Position numbers and translations under genes: made by a program. Below are positions 58,191 to 64,000 of a stretch of 64,000 bases of DNA, piece by piece. Origin of the DNA: Blastocladiella emersonii ATCC 22665 (taxonomy: Eukaryota; Fungi; Blastocladiomycota); the NCBI GenBank assembly GCA_025594325.1, contig JANHCV010000016.1:434001-498000 (forward strand), given 5' to 3'. Each line of letters opens with the position of its first letter. Position 1 is the first letter of the stretch. Under the pieces are notes generated by a model that had not been told where the DNA came from, made no database searches, and saw only the letters and a list, made by a program, of their open reading frames with translations.

Positions 58191-58529
58191 GATGTCGCTA
58201 TCGTTGATTTCATTTATGAGGGTGCTGCTGGAGTGCAGGGGGGTGGGATGAAGTGAGGTGCGAGACACGCGCGCGGCGCCACACCGAAAAAACCGGGTAC
58301 CCGTGGCAACGCGTCACGTTGGTCGAGAATGCACTTTGCGACGCTCGCCCTGCGACCGCCCGCTGCTCCCCTGGCCGCTGCCGGCCGCGGTCGCCGCAGT
58401 CGCGGGGAGTATAAAGACAAGGTCGGCACCCGCATCCCCCTCGTTTCGGCCTTCATAACGTCTCACAAATGTTATTCGCACAGACAATTAGGTCGCAGCA
58501 ACTCTTGTAGCTGCGGGCTCCAGACACTG

Positions 58530-59556
58530 ATGCACGAACGTAACTTGGTTCAAAACGCTTGCGTGAGTCTTTCGCTTCCGTGGCTCCGTGAGTACCTAAA
58601 CACAAGGACAATGCGCTTGTAACCCTACGTTGCTGCTTTATGACCCGGTCCCGCGACTTGATCCCTCGCGCCCGCCTTCACTCACCGTGGTTCCGTCTCC
58701 TCCGCCGTCCTCTCCGCCTGCAGCATTCGCCAGACAAGCGACAGTGAAACTATTTCTCGTAAGACGCCCTTACGCTCCGCACATTCTTCGACTCTACCCT
58801 TAGCCGTGCCTTCTGATTGCCGATCAGGAGCTCCACCAGCGACTTGGTGACCTGGTGGCCGAGATTTGTGTGCGGACCTGCATTCCGCATCCTCTGCTTT
58901 CGTACTCAACCTTGCTCGAGCTCATTGAACAGGTCAGCCAAATATTTGTTGTCAGCACGCTGGCTGCCTACTTGATTATTCGACTTGCCTCGCGGGTCAT
59001 GGACGCAGGCAAACGTGGGTCCAGCGTCGACGGGAACTTGCTCGATCCGACCGCCATCGAAGCGTTGTTTGGCGCGCTTCACTACTTCATGATGCTGTTC
59101 CCAAGCGAAAGGCTCTCCGACAATTTTGACATGTTACGCAGTTGGCTTCGCTCCCGGTTCACAGCAGACGTGATCGAGGCCTTGGATTCCGCACCCCCGA
59201 GGGCCCTGTTGCTGCACTGCCGCTTGCTCAAGTGCTTTGCTTGCTACAGCTTGGACCTAAACCTAAAGCCGTCCTCCCTGCAGCCTACTCGAGCACTGCG
59301 GCACTTTCCGTCCTCTTTGAAGTCTAGGGCAGGGAGCCCACTTTGCTCGCCGTCGGCGTTACTCGGTCCGCCTCGAAGTCATGGACGCGTCGCGCCATCC
59401 TTAGCGGCGAGTCTGAGCGGGCGTGCATGCTGCTCCGCGTCTTTCCGCCGTCGGACGCGTTCAAGTGGAGTCTTGCGAAGATGGTCGCTGCCAAGGGGCT
59501 CCATGAGGCCGAGGCGCAAGTGCTTGACGTTTTCGGCATTCAGATTGAATAAATAG
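58530..59556 (+). CDS. Possible spliced hypothetical gene in an AT-richer island
   Basis: ORFs 58855-59556 and 59343-59552, TATAAA near 58411, and plausible GT-AG pairs upstream. Codon usage differs from flanking genes. No homology recognised. Confidence 0.3.
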
Positions 59557-59807
59557 TTCTGTGCTTCTTGCCTATTCGCGCGACGAGGCGACATGTCTCG
59601 CGTGGCGAGACGTGTTGCGCCACAGCGTGATATCCAAATACACATGTTGAGCCATTCCTCCTTCTTTCCCACTTTCACCGCCTTGCCCTTCACTTCTCTC
59701 GAGTCGACGTGTGCTAGCAATGAAGAGAGAGAATTTGCATAAATAAACGGAGACTCGACTCGAGCGGCTCCCACCTCGCGTCGCTCGTCCACACACAGCT
59801 CGCACTC

Positions 59808-61915
59808 CTACTCGCCGCGCGCGCCACGGCGACGCCGTTTCCGTGGTGGCGCGTCGTCCTCGTCCTCGCCCTCATCGTCTTGCTCGAACGACTCGGTCCG
59901 CCGCCGCCGTGCGCTCGGCAAGACGGGCATCCCCGCCGCGGCGGCCGCATCCAGGACGTCCATCTCGAGGTCGGCGTGCAGGCCGGCGAGCTCGTCGTCC
60001 TCGAGCGCGCCAGCGTAGTGGTCCTCGTGACCGTGTACGTCGTCGTCGTCCTCGTCGCTGCTGCTCCGGTTGGCGCCGTCCTCGTCGACCAGGGGCTGCG
60101 GCTGCGGCGGGCGTGGGACGCGAGGTGGTGGTGCCTCGCCGAGATCGAGCTCCGCATCCTCGTCATCCTCGTCGCTGTCGAGATCCGACTCGCCAATGGT
60201 CGCCGTGGTCGGCAGCGGGGCAGCGGCGGTCGCCGTGCCGTTGGCCGTGTCCTCGTCCTCCTCGTCGTCGCTCTGGCTCCCGCCCTCGTCGTCGGACCAG
60301 TTGGTGGCGACGACGACGCCGCCCTCGTAGACGTGCACGTTGTCGCGGAAGGGTTGTGGCGGCGCGGAGGCGGCGAGCTCGGCGAAGCGCGGGTGGTCGA
60401 GCTGCCAGCCGGCGCGGCGGCACAGGTCGGCGACGATGGTGTCGGCGTCGCCGAGCAGGTGTACGTCAAAGTGCTTGTCGAGGTGCGGCAGGAGCTCGCG
60501 GTTGATGATGATCTGCGGGACCGACTCGGGCACGGCGCGCAGGATGTTGGAGACGGGGGCGACCTTGAGGCTGCTGCCGATGGCGATGAGGAGGTCCGTG
60601 TTGATGGCGTCGCCCTCGATGGCGCGGTGGAACGAGTCGGGCAGCTGCTCGCCAAAGAAGACGATGTCGGGCTTGATGACGGGCAGCGGCGAGTCGGGTG
60701 GGCACACGGGGCATTTTGGGACCGTCTACGCGCACGAGGAGGTGGGTGAGCGGGCGAAGAAATCGTACGGGAAGTGAGGAAAAAGTACCTTGGCAAAGAT
60801 TTCCTCCTCGATGGCGTTGCCGGGGACCTGGTAGCCGCAGGTGACGCAGCGGGCGGTGCGGAAGGAGCCGTGGCACTGGATCATGCGGGTGACGCCGGCG
60901 AGCTCCTCGATGTTGTCAATGTTCTGGGTGTAGTTGCGGAGCAGCTTGCCCTTTTGTTCGAGCAGCGAGACGAACATGTGCGAGGGCGACGGCTTGAAGT
61001 TGGACGGGTAGATTTCCTGTTTGGGAGCGGGACGCGTGTGAGCAGGCGGTTCTCAAGCAGGAGCAGGAGCCGAACGAGACGTACGTTGGCGAAAGCGTAA
61101 AAGGTCTCGGGGCGGTTGCGAAAGTACTCGAGGTCGAACATATCGGTCGGGTCCTTGAGGTCATACTGGGTGAGGCGCGAGTAGATGCCGTTCTTTGAGC
61201 GAAAGTCGGGGATGCCACACGACACGCTGATCTGCCCAGATAGAAGCGAATGGGAGCGGTTGGGGAGGTGAGCGAGGATGCGCGAAGCGGCGGGGGTGCG
61301 AGCGCGGGAGGAGGGCGTACCCCGGCGCCCGAGACGACCATGATGCGCTTGGCCTTCTTGAGCAGCTCGACGACGTGGTCGACAGTCTGCACGTCCTGGC
61401 GGCGGGCGCGGACGCGGGCGTAGCGCATGACGCCAATGTGGACGCAGGCGTAGAGCTCGGGGAGCTGCTTGCGCTGGAAGATGTCGGTGGAGATGTTGTC
61501 CCACTCTTGCGGCGTCTAGAGGGTGCGGGTGCGTGAGCACAGCGAGGCCACGACCGCCCGAATGGCGGGACGAGCGTACAAACTGGTCCTTGAAGATGGT
61601 GATGAGGCGCAGCAGCGGGTAGCGGCGGGCAAAGACGTAGTGCGAGGTGAACTCGGCCACGTCCATGAGCTTGGCGTCGCGGCGCACGCGCTCGGCCTCG
61701 GCGGGGTCGACGGGCGCGACGAGGTCGCTCGTGTCGGGCGCGGGCTCGTCGTCGTCCTCGACGTCGTCGTGGTCGGCGGGGTCGGCGTCATGGTCGGTGC
61801 CCGAGTTGAGGCTGTGCTCGGGGTCGGCCGAGCCGTCGCGCTGCGGCGACACGGAGTGGGCCGAGTCGGCGGGTGGCGGCTTCGCGGCGGCGGGCGAGGG
61901 CGGATTCGATGACAT
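59808..61915 (-). CDS. SIR2: Class I sirtuin (Sir2/Hst1/SIRT1-like NAD-dependent deacetylase), multi-exon
   Basis: Motifs VVSGAG|ISVSCGIPDFRS, YTQNID, QCHGSF, CxxC...CxxC, KPDIVFFGE and IGSSLKVAPV, plus an acidic C-tail. Confidence 0.92.
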
Positions 61916-62372
61916 GGCGGCGGGCGGGTGGAGCACAGCGTCGGGCGAGCTCGTTGCGCCAAGTGAAAGCTTCGTGGTGCACTAGGGCGATGCGTAATGT
62001 GAACGGATGGGGCGGCGAGAACGGCTTGGCCGCTGTGGCGGCGGCAGGGGCTGCACGCGTGGAACTCAGCGTCACCTGATCGCGCGTGCGCCTCCCACCT
62101 TGAAAAAATAAGAAAGAGGAAATTCGCCGAGCGCAGCTTACCACAGGCCGGTCTCGCCCCGCCGGCCGTCCGTCGCGCCCGGGTTCGACTCTCCCCGCTC
62201 GCACATTGCATATCGTGCTCTGCGACTTGCCCCCGACTCCCGGCACTCGAGTGCACCTGCTGCGCCACCATCTCTGTCCGACCGCACCGACTCCTCCGCC
62301 AGCTCCACAAAGCACATCCCCTCGCACTCCATTGCATCCACCCCGAATCCGTCGCACCATCTGCCCGGCATC

Positions 62373-64000
62373 ATGGAGGATCCGCTCCAGTTCATTCTCG
62401 CCGAGGCCACGCTCGAGGGCGAGCGCGGTACGCCTCCTTGTCCCCCCGCTGATCGACGGTCAGAGACTGACGCGGTCGCGCCCGCATGCATACACCGAAC
62501 TTGTAGGCGCGTCGCTGCCGCGGCTCTGGCACTTCATCGCGTGCTACCACGAGCACGTCCAGGTCCACCCGTCCGCGACCCTGCAGCTGCCCGAGCCGCT
62601 CGCCGACGATGCCGCCGACCCCACCGCCGCCGAGACCCCGGACGCGGCCGTGCCCGTGACCATGGCCGGCGACCAGCTGCTCGACGCGCCCTACCTCGAA
62701 TTCATCTGGCGCCTGCTGGTCGAGGACATGCCGCAGTACCTGTGCCGCGTCCACCTCGAGGAGCAGCGCGTCAAGGCCAAGGCCACGGGCGCCGCCTCCA
62801 AGCGCCGCCGCCTCGCCGCCGGCCTGCCCGGCGCCGCCAACGGCGACGGCACCGAGGTCAAGATCGTGTGCATCGCCACCCCGATCGACCAGGCCGAGCT
62901 CGCCGCCAAGTCGCCGCTCGAGCTCTACGCCAAGTACGGCGACGACCTGCGCTTCGTCGTGCCCGCCGCTGAGCGCCGTACCGAGCTGCTCAAGAAGGTC
63001 AACTGCGTACGTTGCCGTTGTTCGCTGCTCTGATCTCTCCCACACCGCGCTGACTTTGGCGATCACCACCCCCATCACAGGACATGTCCGAGCAGCTCTA
63101 CCTCGTCTTCAAGGAGGTGCTCCGCTGGCGCGCCGTCGGCATCACCCAGGCCGACATCTCCAAGGCCCTAACCCAGGACCCGCGCTCCACCTTCCACTTC
63201 ATCAAGACCCTCGCCGCCCGCAACCTCGTCGTCAAGTTCCCCGTCGTCAGCCGCGGCTCCTACACCCACCTCACCCTCGCCACCCAGTTTGCCCACCGCA
63301 ACGCCTCGTACCTCGCCACCGCCAAGGCCGTCGCCGGCGCCACCGCCGCTGCTGCCATGGGCGGCGATACCCCCGTCGAGGCGCCCGCGCGCGGGCCCGT
63401 TCACGGCCGCCGCCGCCGCTCGGACGAGGACGAGAGCGAGGAGGACGAGGACGACGACGAGATGGACCTGGATCAGGGCACCTCGGCCCCGCACTCGCGC
63501 TCCAGCACCCACGACGGCGACGAGGACGACATTGACGCCGAGGAGACCGAGGAGGTCCGCGCCGCCCTGCTCGGCGCCGGCACCGGCTCCGACATGCCCA
63601 TGTCCGACGCGTCGGCCGCGACCACCACCACCACGACCACGGCCAGCGGCGCGACCACCATCGTCCGCCCCGCGGTCCTCTTCTTCGACGGCAACAGCTC
63701 CGCCAACTCGGTCCTGCCCTTCACGTCGCAGGTACTCGCCGACTCGGCCGGCTACCGCTTCACGTCCCCGGCGAGCGGCCCGTCACAGTCGGCGCTCCGC
63801 AACGACTGGGGCGACAAGCCCGGCGTGTTCGCGAGTCTGGTGCGCCAGAAGCTGTCGGAGCTGCTCCTCGCCGCGCCCGACCACACGGTCCCGTCCGAGG
63901 AGCTGATCGTCGGTCTCGGCCTCGACCCGCAAAAGTACCCGCGCCAGCGCAAGTGGTTCAACCGCACCATCGCGTCCATGGTCGCCACGGGTCACGTCGA
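62373..64000 (+). CDS. TFIIIC largest (B-block-binding) subunit, Tfc3/Sfc3/GTF3C1-like; runs off the right edge
   Basis: N-terminal ILAEATLEGE. Winged-helix segment RWRAVGITQADISKALTQDPRSTFHFIKTLAARNLVVKFPV. Short introns near 62428-62506 and 63008-63080. Confidence 0.75.

Overview
GC-rich, gene-dense eukaryotic DNA with short (about 50-100 bp) GT-AG introns and CTRAC branch points. It is most consistent with an early-diverging, probably flagellated (zoosporic) fungus: SHO1, Kin82/Nrc-2-like kinase and FEX occur together with the centrosomal LRRC45. About 27 protein-coding genes or fragments are supportable, mostly housekeeping (SHO1, PIG-U, NDUFV2, PMI, FEX, acyl-CoA oxidase, peroxisomal carrier, XAP5, RPB2, SPT2, thioesterase, Sro7/tomosyn, Sir2, TFIIIC). 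The main discovery candidate is at 44.7-52.4 kb. It comprises two neighbouring membrane-anchored fusion genes built from bacterial-type polyamine enzymes. One is TM-AdoMetDC-aminopropyltransferase with intact catalytic motifs. The other is TM-(degenerate aminopropyltransferase)-(degenerate AdoMetDC)-SET/post-SET. Together they suggest a lumenal machine for making and N-methylating unusual polyamines. Other notable items: a 979-bp apparently perfect inverted duplication of the acyl-CoA oxidase 3' end, an 11-mer found six times in intergenic DNA, a solute-binding-protein/Cys-rich/multi-TM receptor, a three-copy J-protein array with one frameshifted copy, and a P5-ATPase gene fragment. I found no rRNA, tRNA, CRISPR or recognisable transposase. 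All family assignments come from motif recognition by eye, not from database searches.
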